Of a DNA stretch of 64,000 nucleotides, positions 26,013-34,810 are shown in pieces. Position 1 is the first letter of the stretch. Each line of letters begins with the position of its first letter. The position numbers and the translations under genes were made by a program. Source of the DNA: a virus (Duplodnaviria > Caudoviricetes); IMG/VR virus record IMGVR_UViG_3300032007_000058, positions 1 through 64,000 of that record; one strand, given 5' to 3'. Under the pieces are notes generated by a model. That model did no database searches and was not told the origin of the DNA. It worked only from the letters and a program-made list of their open reading frames with translations.

Positions 26013-26861
26013 ATGATAATGAAGATGATCGACGCGAAGGCCCTGCTGGAGGAGAAGAAGATGGACGCCGCCACGATCCTCACCTCCCTCTCCATCGTGA
26101 GGATCCGGCGTCTCGCCTCCGAGATGGCCCTCCCCCTGGCCCGTGCCACCTGGCGGGGCCGCAAGGCCGAGATCATCGCCGCCTTCGTGGCGGGGATGGA
26201 GCAGGGGGAGGAGCATGGCACGTATATCCCGAGGGCGGTGCGTATCCTGGCCGCTCAGGGGGCTTACGAGAGCATCATCACCATCGGGGCACGGATGGTC
26301 GGGACCAATACCCGCCTCGGGGACGGCTTCTTCGACTTCGAGGATAGCCCCAAGGACGCCCAGGACGCCTTCTTCATGGAGGCTCTGGAGAAGAAGCTGG
26401 CCGACAGCGAGACGGATGTCCCCGCCGCCATCGCCCTGATTGAGAAGGTGGCGAAGGAGCTCGTGACCTGCACCGAGGAGCGGAAGGCCCATGATTGGGT
26501 CGAGAAGTCTGCGACGGTGGACTACACCGCCGAGAACGCGGCCTGGCACGCGGCCCTGTCGGAGATGCGCCGCGTCATCGAGACCGTCCAGGAGGGCGGC
26601 GACTTCGTGAGGACCATCGCCCTGAAGCGGGCGGTGGGGAAGATCGATGCGGCCCCCATCGACGGCGGCTATATCGCTAGGGCGAAGCTCTGGCGCGGGA
26701 AGGGCAAGACCCGCATCTACGTGAACGTGTACGATGCGGACGGGAAGCCCCAGCTTGCGACCCCCTACCTGGAGGATGGGGCTGTATACTGGCAGTATGG
26801 GGAGCCCCGTAAGCGCCCGGTCTGGGCGGAGTCGGTCATCGCCGCCATGATGGCGGTGTAG
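26013..26861 (+). CDS. Early hypothetical protein (C-terminal WxGKGKxRIY motif)
   Basis: RBS GGAGG downstream of promoter copy 2. Confidence 0.75.
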   Translation: MIMKMIDAKALLEEKKMDAATILTSLSIVRIRRLASEMALPLARATWRGRKAEIIAAFVAGMEQGEEHGTYIPRAVRILAAQGAYESIITIGARMVGTNTRLGDGFFDFEDSPKDAQDAFFMEALEKKLADSETDVPAAIALIEKVAKELVTCTEERKAHDWVEKSATVDYTAENAAWHAALSEMRRVIETVQEGGDFVRTIALKRAVGKIDAAPIDGGYIARAKLWRGKGKTRIYVNVYDADGKPQLATPYLEDGAVYWQYGEPRKRPVWAESVIAAMMAV

Positions 26862-27042
26862 GGAGAGGGATAGTTTATATCCGGATGGTCCGGGTATAAT
26901 GAGGGATAAAGCGAGGGCCGGACGGCCATCCGGCCCCACGCCGAAAAGAGCCCCAACGTGGGTGAAGCACGGGGGCGGGGATATCTTACCGCCTCCAAGG
27001 AAAAAGCGCCAGAGCGGCGCGATACTTAAGGAGGAGAAGAAA

Positions 27043-27630
27043 ATGATCATCATCAAGAGGAACGACCACCAGCTGGATGGGAGGAACTGGGACTCGGACC
27101 CCCTGGCCCTGCTGTGCCTCCACGGGGAGAAATGGGCCGGGTGGGGAGAGGCCGAGAAGGCCCAGGCCCGGAAGGAGCTCTTCGACGGGATCCGGAACGG
27201 CGAGGAGACGTTCCTTGGATACTACGGGATGGGGCTCAGTGTGTACCCATCAGGTAGGGAAGGTGGGGAAATCCGCCTCGAAACACGCGAGGGGATCGGG
27301 GACGATATCGGCGTCCGGTACGACCAGAAGTACACCTACCGTGTCGTCGGCGACGGGGCGGATGTGGTCGAATACGACCGCGCCCTGGACGTCGAAGGGC
27401 GGAAGGCCCCCCACGATATCTGGCGCTACCTCGTGGAGGCTACGGGGCTCTACGTCGATGCCCCCTTGGTCGAGGGGGCGATAGACGACCTGTTGAATTG
27501 GTTCGACCTGGATGCGCTGGAACGGTGGCACGAGAGGGAGTCTCGTTCCACGAGCGGGATGCGCGGCCCCGGTATCCACTTCCTCCACGCCTTCGGGGAG
27601 CGGATGCGCAAAAGGCGCGAGGCGGCATAA
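27043..27630 (+). CDS. Early hypothetical protein
   Basis: RBS AAGGAGG. Confidence 0.7.
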   Translation: MIIIKRNDHQLDGRNWDSDPLALLCLHGEKWAGWGEAEKAQARKELFDGIRNGEETFLGYYGMGLSVYPSGREGGEIRLETREGIGDDIGVRYDQKYTYRVVGDGADVVEYDRALDVEGRKAPHDIWRYLVEATGLYVDAPLVEGAIDDLLNWFDLDALERWHERESRSTSGMRGPGIHFLHAFGERMRKRREAA

Positions 27631-27721
27631 CCGCCAGAGGAGAAAAGTATAAGGGGGGGGACGGGCGACCGTCCCCCACAGCAAAAGCGCCGGACCGGCG
27701 CACATCGAGGAGGAGAAAAAA

Positions 27722-28093
27722 ATGATAAAGTTTTCGAGCATCGATAAAGCCTGTGGCGTCGCTGAGGAGCGGATCAGGGAGCGCCTGGGGGACCTCCCCA
27801 CGACGAAGGGGTGCGAGGTGTTAGACGGCAGAAAGTATGGATATACGAGCGCTCAGATCCTCTGGCACTTTATTGGCGGGGGTGCCGCATGGACGTGGGT
27901 AAATGTTACCCCTACGGGGGAGTGGGAATGGGACCATAGGGTGAACATCTGCTGCGCGGGCATGAGGGAGGGTATCCTTAACACGGCGACCGGGGAGTGG
28001 TGGTACATCCCTGAGCCCGATCCCGCTTCCGTGCACGCCGTAAACGCGGCGGGGCATAACTACTATAACCCCTTCGGGCTTATGGACCGCTAG
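27722..28093 (+). CDS. Early hypothetical protein
   Basis: RBS AGGAGG; Trp-rich. Confidence 0.7.
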   Translation: MIKFSSIDKACGVAEERIRERLGDLPTTKGCEVLDGRKYGYTSAQILWHFIGGGAAWTWVNVTPTGEWEWDHRVNICCAGMREGILNTATGEWWYIPEPDPASVHAVNAAGHNYYNPFGLMDR

Positions 28094-28157
28094 GGGGGGC
28101 AGGCTAGGGGGGGGACGGGCGACCGTCCCCTATAACTCTTTCTCGGGAGGTGTCTCT

Positions 28158-29789
28158 ATGCCGACGATATCGGAGAAGTACTTGGTCCAGCTCGCCGAGG
28201 CATTCCCTCGTGTGAAGAAGAGCACTAACACCAAGCGGAACTGGATCTATGACGCCCACGTGGCATTGGCCGCCGCGATGCCGGACAGGATCCTTCCCCC
28301 GCACAAGTATAAGGAGGGCGTCCGTAAGGGCGTCTATATCGATACGCGCCGCAGGGGCGTTGTCGAATTTCTCCAGATGCCCTTCCTCTCGGATATCGCC
28401 TATATGTTGGCGAGCGACCTTCCTGATCGCGTCATAAGGGCGAAGAGCTGCGTCATCGACGCGCTCAAGGGCACGAACTTACATAAGCTCAACAGTCTCC
28501 TAGAGCAGGCCTTCTATTCCACTATGGCCCAGCTGACGACCGTTATCCCCCCCGACGACTTGAAACATCCCTTCATGGCCTTAGCTGCGGCTTTCGCGGT
28601 GACATCCGTCTTCGCGAAGTTCTGCCTTGCCGCACAGACGGACCATATCTCCTTCACCTGGGGGACGGCCCACCTCTACGATCTTGTGCCTCGTCATGAC
28701 GGGAACTATCCCCCCTCTCTAGAGACATTGAATGACATGTGCATCATCCAGACCTGTAATATCCTCTCATACATGGCAATGGTGGGAAGCGTCGAAGCTA
28801 GGCCGGAACTCTCGCCCCCCACCATCCTCGACGATGATGCGCTCCTGATCGATTCCTGGGGGGCGGGCTGGTTGATATGGCAGCTTCTTGAGATGCGGCG
28901 GAAATACCCGCCGTCCACCTGCAAGACACAGACGGAGGCGATAGAACGGCTCTGCGTGCTGTTCACGACTTCGTTCACTTCTTGCGACCTGATCACTGGG
29001 ACCTTCTTAGAGGGGATGCCCGCCGTGGACGGGCCTTCGGCGGATATCCGGGACGAAGTGATCACGGAGCGCCGATACTCCCTCTGGCCGGGGATAACGG
29101 ATATCATCTGGAAGGAGGGGCGGCTCGAAAAGCTCACGCTCCTCGCTACGGAGCCGAAAGGGCATATCTTCTCCGTGCTACACGGGCGGATGGACCTATC
29201 CAGGGGCTACGGGGATTGGGCGGATGAGAAAGACGCCCCTGTCCGTCTTTTCGTAGAGGTCCCGTCTCTGGAGGATGAAGATGACTGGGCGCTCGCCAGG
29301 AAGAATGCGACGGACGGTCCCGATGAGCTCCTTATCCCCCTAGAGGTCATCCGGATGTGCTGCGTCCCCGCCGAGCAGAAGGCCCGGCGCGGGCGCGTCC
29401 CCTCGGGGTACGTCCAGACCCCGAAGAAGGCGAAGAAGGCGGATGCGGGACAGCCCCCCGCCGTCCGCGTAACCTACGTCCCCCGCGTGCAGTACCGACG
29501 GCCAGAGGGGGCGGCGGATAGCTCAGGCGGCGATGGAGAGGGCAGGACGGGGACGGGCCGGACACATGCCCTCCACCAGGTGGCGGGCTTCATCCGCCAG
29601 CTCCCGATCGACTGGAAGGCCTCGGAGACGGCCAGGCAGAACGCGGAGGCCAGCGGGATCTCCCTGCCCGCGCACGGGGTCACCTTCGTCCGCCCCCATT
29701 CCAGAGGTGGCGGCGAAGATAAGGAGACGGCCCCGCGCCGCACGGTGAAGGTCCGACGGCCAAGTAGCTCGGACGAGGAAGGAGCTTGA
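28158..29789 (+). CDS. Large hypothetical protein (543 aa) with conserved-looking C-terminal HQVAGFIR...TFVRPH motif
   Basis: RBS GGAGGT; long ORF. Confidence 0.75.
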   Translation: MPTISEKYLVQLAEAFPRVKKSTNTKRNWIYDAHVALAAAMPDRILPPHKYKEGVRKGVYIDTRRRGVVEFLQMPFLSDIAYMLASDLPDRVIRAKSCVIDALKGTNLHKLNSLLEQAFYSTMAQLTTVIPPDDLKHPFMALAAAFAVTSVFAKFCLAAQTDHISFTWGTAHLYDLVPRHDGNYPPSLETLNDMCIIQTCNILSYMAMVGSVEARPELSPPTILDDDALLIDSWGAGWLIWQLLEMRRKYPPSTCKTQTEAIERLCVLFTTSFTSCDLITGTFLEGMPAVDGPSADIRDEVITERRYSLWPGITDIIWKEGRLEKLTLLATEPKGHIFSVLHGRMDLSRGYGDWADEKDAPVRLFVEVPSLEDEDDWALARKNATDGPDELLIPLEVIRMCCVPAEQKARRGRVPSGYVQTPKKAKKADAGQPPAVRVTYVPRVQYRRPEGAADSSGGDGEGRTGTGRTHALHQVAGFIRQLPIDWKASETARQNAEASGISLPAHGVTFVRPHSRGGGEDKETAPRRTVKVRRPSSSDEEGA

Positions 29790-29792
29790 GAT

Positions 29793-31238
29793 ATGAAGGG
29801 CTTGCTATCGGGGCTGAAAGAGATGTTAGCCCGAAAAAAGCTGTTATCACGGGATGAGATCGCGGAGCTGCTGAACGTGAGCCAGGAGGCTTACGAGGCA
29901 TTCGAGAAGGCGTATCGCGTTCACGCCTTCGATACGGGGCCCATGGTGTCGGACCGTCCCTTCGATGTTAGCGTTAGGGACCTAGCCGCCAGCCGCGATG
30001 GAGCGCCGGAGCCAGACGACGATACGCGGGCGCGCCTCGACCGGATCGTCCAGCAGACCGTCGAGGAGCTAGACGCCCAGACCGCCGTGATGCGCTTCGT
30101 CGATGGTGATATGGTGGAGGAGCGCCCCGCCTTGCCAGATGGGGGAGGAAGGGAGCGCTTGACGCCAGAGGATATCGAGGATATCCCGCTGGATCTGAGG
30201 CCACAGGTCTTAGGGGACTATATGTCGATACATTGCGGAGAGAGCACTCCCTCCGTCCTGTTCATGTATCGTGAATACCTGCGGGCCCAGTCTTCCCGCA
30301 CCAGGATGATGTTCTATGGCAAATTTCGGCAGGGGCTGGATATCCTCGACCTAGACCCGATCCTGTACGAGATGCTGAAGATGAACCCCAACAGTATGTC
30401 GAAATGGTTGCCCGCAGTAGCTAAGGCGAATAGTCGGGGGAGGGCCTTCAGGATACCTGACACGACGATCGCCGCCGTGCCGATCACGTTGCTACAATTA
30501 TCGCGCATGGACTACGGCTGGCTAAACGACACGACGCTGAGGATCGTCGATGAGTACGCGCGGCGCGTGTTCGGCCTGGATGATAGGAAGGAGTACTTCG
30601 TGAAGACCGGGACATTCTCCTCGAAGTTCGACTTCAGGAACGCGCGGGTGGGGGGGGACGAGGTGAAGGATCTTGGAGAGTACCTGATGTTCCTCTCGAA
30701 TACAGCGGTGCTGATGGCCGGGCCGCTATCGACCCCGTGCATCTATGGGGCCTCGACGACGAACGAGTGGGTGGTCCGAGAGTACGTCCCGGACGTCGAG
30801 GATGATCCGTGCATCTATAAGGGCTTGCCGCTGCGTACGGAGTACCGCGTATTCGTAGACGCGGACGACCGCGAGGTGTTGGGGATGTCGCCGTACTGGG
30901 AGCCTGAGATGCTGAAGGAGCGCTTCTCTACCGGTAGGGACGCGAGCTCCCCGCATAGCATCCATGACTATATCATCATCCAGAAACATCAGGGCGTGAT
31001 GATGGAGCGATACGAACGGAACAAGGATCGCGTGCGCGAGGGGATAGCGGCCATGCTCCAGTATCTAGACCTTAGGGGGCAATGGTCTATCGACATCATG
31101 CAGAACGGGGACGATCTGTGGCTGATCGACATGGGGCTGGCCGCCAATAGCGCCCTGAGGGAGTGCGTGCCGCCTGGGAAACTCAAGGCCCCCGACGAGG
31201 AATGGATACCGGCTTTGCCATTGACAAAAGGGGCATGA
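29793..31238 (+). CDS. ATP-grasp-like protein
   Basis: FVKTGTFSSKFDF, WVVREYV, EYRVFVD, WSIDIMQNGDDLWLIDM resemble ATP-grasp catalytic segments. Confidence 0.55.
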   Translation: MKGLLSGLKEMLARKKLLSRDEIAELLNVSQEAYEAFEKAYRVHAFDTGPMVSDRPFDVSVRDLAASRDGAPEPDDDTRARLDRIVQQTVEELDAQTAVMRFVDGDMVEERPALPDGGGRERLTPEDIEDIPLDLRPQVLGDYMSIHCGESTPSVLFMYREYLRAQSSRTRMMFYGKFRQGLDILDLDPILYEMLKMNPNSMSKWLPAVAKANSRGRAFRIPDTTIAAVPITLLQLSRMDYGWLNDTTLRIVDEYARRVFGLDDRKEYFVKTGTFSSKFDFRNARVGGDEVKDLGEYLMFLSNTAVLMAGPLSTPCIYGASTTNEWVVREYVPDVEDDPCIYKGLPLRTEYRVFVDADDREVLGMSPYWEPEMLKERFSTGRDASSPHSIHDYIIIQKHQGVMMERYERNKDRVREGIAAMLQYLDLRGQWSIDIMQNGDDLWLIDMGLAANSALRECVPPGKLKAPDEEWIPALPLTKGA

Positions 31239-31279
31239 TCGATAAAATGATAACTATCTATCGATAAGGGGAGGGGGAG

Positions 31280-31456
31280 ATGGATAAGAAAGAAAAGACG
31301 GTCCAGATGATCGTTCGTATCCCGGAGGGTATAGCGAGGGAGTTTAAGGCCTTATGCGCCCTGAAGGGGATGACGATCCAGGCCGTCTTAGCGCGCGTGA
31401 TCAAGGAGTTTATCGAGAAAGAACGGGAAGAGAAGGAGCCCGAACGACCGACCTAG
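31280..31456 (+). CDS. Ribbon-helix-helix (ParG/Arc-like) regulator (not in ORF track)
   Basis: VQMIVRIPEGIAREFKALCALKGMTIQAVLARVIKEFI. Confidence 0.75.
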   Translation: MDKKEKTVQMIVRIPEGIAREFKALCALKGMTIQAVLARVIKEFIEKEREEKEPERPT

Positions 31457-31577
31457 CTTGGCGGCAAGACGGTCATCCGGGCAATGGAAAAGAGCCCCTA
31501 AAAGGGAGCCCCCTCACATGTCATAGTATAGCACGTGAGGGGCTTCCTTGGGCATGGGCTGTCAAGGAGGTCTTTTT

Positions 31578-31928
31578 ATGTCGGTCGATGCGGCGAAGTT
31601 CTTGGATCTGTTGGACGAGCGCGAGCAGGAGCTCATGCAGGCCTGCGTAGCGGCGGATAGGTCGGCATCTACCACGAAGATCTACGGATGCTACGAGGTG
31701 CGGCTGTGGGAGGATGGGACGGTCGAGACGATCTTCTGTCCCGGCGGGGATAAAGGGAAGGGGTACGTCGTCGCCGCCGTCTTCGAGGCCGAAGGCGAGG
31801 AAGCTATGACCGAGGAGCGATACGACCGCGAGGTCACCGCCGATGAGCTCCAGGAGTTCATCGCCTCGAAGCTTGAACAGTGCAGGTGCTACCTCCTGGA
31901 CAAGATCGAGGCCCAAGAGGACGAGTGA
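31578..31928 (+). CDS. Acidic hypothetical protein
   Basis: RBS AAGGAGG; converges on the integrase. Confidence 0.65.
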   Translation: MSVDAAKFLDLLDEREQELMQACVAADRSASTTKIYGCYEVRLWEDGTVETIFCPGGDKGKGYVVAAVFEAEGEEAMTEERYDREVTADELQEFIASKLEQCRCYLLDKIEAQEDE

Positions 31929-31954
31929 GGACGAGGCCCGCCGGAGAGCGGGCC

Positions 31955-33187
31955 TTATTTTTTATCCAGCCGCTCCACCGCTCGGAGCTTGGCCTCTGGG
32001 GCCAGGTGGGCGTAGCGGAGGGTCATCTTCATATCCGCGTGCCCCAGGAGCTCACGGACGGTGTTCAGGTCCACGCCCGCCATGACCAGTCGCGACGCGA
32101 AGTCGTGGCGCATGTCGTGCCAGCGGAAATCTTCTATCCCCGCCCTCTTTATTAGCCCGTCCCAAGCGCTGCGACAGCCCCCCATCGGGCCGTCTCCCTG
32201 TGGAGAGGGGAAGACCGGGGCGTCCCCTTCCCCTTTCGTCTGGGCTCGCCACTTATCGAGCACCTCCTGGGCGGTCTTGTTGAGGGGGATCCGTATGGTC
32301 TTCCCGCTCTTCGAGGACGCCGCGCGGACGGTCAGCACTCCGTCCTGGATGTCACTCCAGCGCAGGGCCAGGAGCGAGCCGCGCCGGATGCCCGTGTTGA
32401 GGGAGAGGAGCACCATCGGCTTCAGGTGGTCGGCGAAGTCTTCCTTATCTATATGGGGGAGAGGATCCATGTGCCGCGCCTTGAGCCATTCGTTGTATCG
32501 TTCCCTGGCGGCGCGGAGCTCGGCCTCGCGCTCCTCCATCGCCTCGAATAGACGTTCCCTCTCATCGTCGGAGAGATAGCGGACGCGGCTGTCCGATTCG
32601 TCCCGTAGCGTCTCCAATCTCCCTAGTGGATAGGTATCGATGATCTCCCGCTTGTAAGCCCAATTCAGGGCGGCTTTCAGGGCCGTGACCTTCCTATTTA
32701 TAGTGGATGTCATCAACCCCCGCTTCCGGGCCGCCGTTCTCCAGGCCTCGACGTCGTGGAGAGAGAGCGTATCGAGGTCACGGTCCAACAGGGGGGCGAA
32801 GGCCGATCGGAGGAGGGCGAGCGTTTCGCCGCCGCTGCGGCGGTTCTCCAGCACCCACGGGCCATAGACGTTATCGAGGAAGGCCCCGAAGGACATCCGC
32901 TCTGGGCGCGACTCCTTCTGCCAGGGCTCCTCTCCCTTGGCGAGCGCGGTGAGGAACTCTGTCGCCGCCAGCCGGGCGTCCGGCAATGAGATTAGGTCAG
33001 CGTCCCCGATCTTATAGTGAGATGACTTTCCAGAGGCTTTCCTGTAAAATACATACCACGTCTTCTTGCCCTTCGCGCCGACGTAGAGCTGGAAGCCCCG
33101 TGTCTGGGCATCGGACCACCACGTCCCCTTGTCCCCATCGGGCTTGACGGAGAGCAGGAAGGACTGTGTGAATCGTACCTTTGGCAT
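31955..33187 (-). CDS. int: Tyrosine integrase with N-terminal arm-binding domain
   Basis: TGIRRG, SKSGK, WHDMRHDFASRL, LLGHADMKMTLRY catalytic residues. Confidence 0.97.
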   Translation of the reverse strand: MPKVRFTQSFLLSVKPDGDKGTWWSDAQTRGFQLYVGAKGKKTWYVFYRKASGKSSHYKIGDADLISLPDARLAATEFLTALAKGEEPWQKESRPERMSFGAFLDNVYGPWVLENRRSGGETLALLRSAFAPLLDRDLDTLSLHDVEAWRTAARKRGLMTSTINRKVTALKAALNWAYKREIIDTYPLGRLETLRDESDSRVRYLSDDERERLFEAMEEREAELRAARERYNEWLKARHMDPLPHIDKEDFADHLKPMVLLSLNTGIRRGSLLALRWSDIQDGVLTVRAASSKSGKTIRIPLNKTAQEVLDKWRAQTKGEGDAPVFPSPQGDGPMGGCRSAWDGLIKRAGIEDFRWHDMRHDFASRLVMAGVDLNTVRELLGHADMKMTLRYAHLAPEAKLRAVERLDKK

Positions 33188-33213
33188 AAGGAGGCCTCCT
33201 TTCGTTAAAATCT

Positions 33214-33476
33214 TTGAAGCACCCTTGAAGCAATTATAGCACGCTCGATATGATCCAGTATGATCCAGTAGAAAAGGGGAAGGGACCTAAGACACGTCTC
33301 TACATGGGATAACAAGAAAAAGGCTTATGGATAGCGGGCTCAGTAAAATCGTCTACGAGGCCTTGCCAAGGTTGGGGTCGCGGGTTCAAATCCCGTCTTC
33401 CGCTCCAATATTTATAAGGGCTGAGGGGGTTTCCTCCAAAGCCCTTTTTTCATACCTTGAAGCACCCTTGAAGCAA
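33214..33476. other. attP region: core plus integrase arm-type repeats
   Basis: TTGAAGCACCCTTGAAGCAA at 33214-33233 and 33457-33476; TATGATCCAG x2 at 33249-33268; these flank the tRNA-derived core. Confidence 0.85.
33361..33407 (+). tRNA. 3' half only of tRNA-Gly(GCC) = attP core (not a complete tRNA)
   Basis: CC-TTGCCAA-GG anticodon loop, T-arm GGTTCAAATCC, acceptor end CTTCCGCTCCA; no matching 5' acceptor or D arm upstream. Confidence 0.88.
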
Positions 33477-33511
33477 ATCATGAGCTACCAGGAAGGGGGG
33501 AGGGGGTAACG

Positions 33512-34144
33512 ATGCGCGACCTAACGGGGCAGGTCTTCGGGCGACTCACAGTCATCGGCCTCGCACAGCCGAAGAATGGAAGGCGATATTGGCTATGCCG
33601 ATGCGAGTGCGGTAATGAAAAGGCTATCGAGGGGACGTCACTTGTAAGGGGCAAGTCTCAGAGCTGCGGATGTACGCGCCATGAGAAACTCAAAGACATG
33701 ACAGGGCAGGTATTCGGGAAGTTGACGGTCATCGGGTATGAAGGATCAAAGGACGATAATTCCCTCTGGCGCTGTCGGTGCGAGTGCGGTAAGGAGACGG
33801 TCGTCTCTAGGAGCGCGTTATTGAGCGGATCGACTACGAGCTGCGGGGAGTTTAAATGTGGAGCATGGCGGGCCAAAGAAGAAGTCGATAGGAGCATTAT
33901 CGGGAAACGCTTTGGCAGGCTCGTCGTAGTCGATTTCGTCGAGATGAGGGGCAGGAGGATAAGCTACTGGAAATGCCGATGTGACTGTGGCAACGAGAAG
34001 ATAGTATCGCGGAACAGTCTCAGGAACGGGAAGACGAGGAGCTGTGGATGTCTTCGCAGGGAGATGATCAAGGGCATCGAGCCTGGGGTGGGGCGGTATG
34101 TCCTCCCTGAGCTAGAGAGACGGGACGAGGGAGGCGTGAGCTAG
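33512..34144 (+). CDS. Protein with three Cys-rich repeats (DLTGxxFGRLTV...WxCxCxCG...SCGC)
   Basis: Three copies of the repeat usually found N-terminal to phage HNH/AP2 endonucleases; no nuclease domain. Confidence 0.8.
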   Translation: MRDLTGQVFGRLTVIGLAQPKNGRRYWLCRCECGNEKAIEGTSLVRGKSQSCGCTRHEKLKDMTGQVFGKLTVIGYEGSKDDNSLWRCRCECGKETVVSRSALLSGSTTSCGEFKCGAWRAKEEVDRSIIGKRFGRLVVVDFVEMRGRRISYWKCRCDCGNEKIVSRNSLRNGKTRSCGCLRREMIKGIEPGVGRYVLPELERRDEGGVS

Positions 34145-34147
34145 GCC

Positions 34148-34810
34148 ATGCGGGATCTTACAGGACAAGTCTTCGGGCGGCTCACGGTGTTGGGGGCAGC
34201 GTACACGAAAGGCGGGAGGTCCTATTGGAAATGCCGCTGTGAATGTGGGACGGAAAAGGTCATAGCAAGGAGCGCCCTCGTAAGCGGGAGGACGCGGAGC
34301 TGCGGATGTTCGCGCCACGATAAGCGCCCCTATAGGATCATAGACCTGACAGGACAGGTCTTTGGAAAGCTGACGGTCATAGAATTTGTAGCAAGGGACA
34401 AGGGCGCTACCTTTTGGCGTTGCCGCTGCGAGTGTGGGAAAGAAACGGTAGTGCGCAGAGAAGCCTTGCAGACCGGGGCGACAACGAGCTGTGGGAGTTT
34501 TTCATGTGGCGCATGGCGCGCTAGAGGGGAAATAGATACGACTTTTATTGGCAAGCGGTTTGGGCGACTGGTCGTGATCGCCTTTGCTTGGCGGGATAAA
34601 CGAAGGATGAGCCATTGGTTGTGTGAGTGCGATTGCGGCAATAAAAAGGTGATAGCGCATAGCGGCCTCACAAGTGGCAGGACAAAAAGCTGTGGGTGCT
34701 TGCGCAAGAAAAAATATATAGACGTTCCGCCAGGGGTAGGCTTGTACGTCGCTCCTAAGCATACATCTGATGCAGAGCATGGAGGTACTGATGAAGGAGA
34801 AAAAGCATAA
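34148..34810 (+). CDS. Paralogue with three Cys-rich repeats
   Basis: Colinear with 33512..34144, including CGAWRA and PGVG.YV motifs. Confidence 0.8.
   Translation: MRDLTGQVFGRLTVLGAAYTKGGRSYWKCRCECGTEKVIARSALVSGRTRSCGCSRHDKRPYRIIDLTGQVFGKLTVIEFVARDKGATFWRCRCECGKETVVRREALQTGATTSCGSFSCGAWRARGEIDTTFIGKRFGRLVVIAFAWRDKRRMSHWLCECDCGNKKVIAHSGLTSGRTKSCGCLRKKKYIDVPPGVGLYVAPKHTSDAEHGGTDEGEKA

Noticed and set aside
25602-27056. 484-aa minus-strand ORF and similar antisense ORFs (10569..11483, 47029..48138, 47951..49036)
   Set aside because: Antisense shadows of well-supported plus-strand genes
33330-33407. Complete phage-encoded tRNA-Gly
   Set aside because: No 5' acceptor strand or D-arm; only the 3' half is present, as expected for attP
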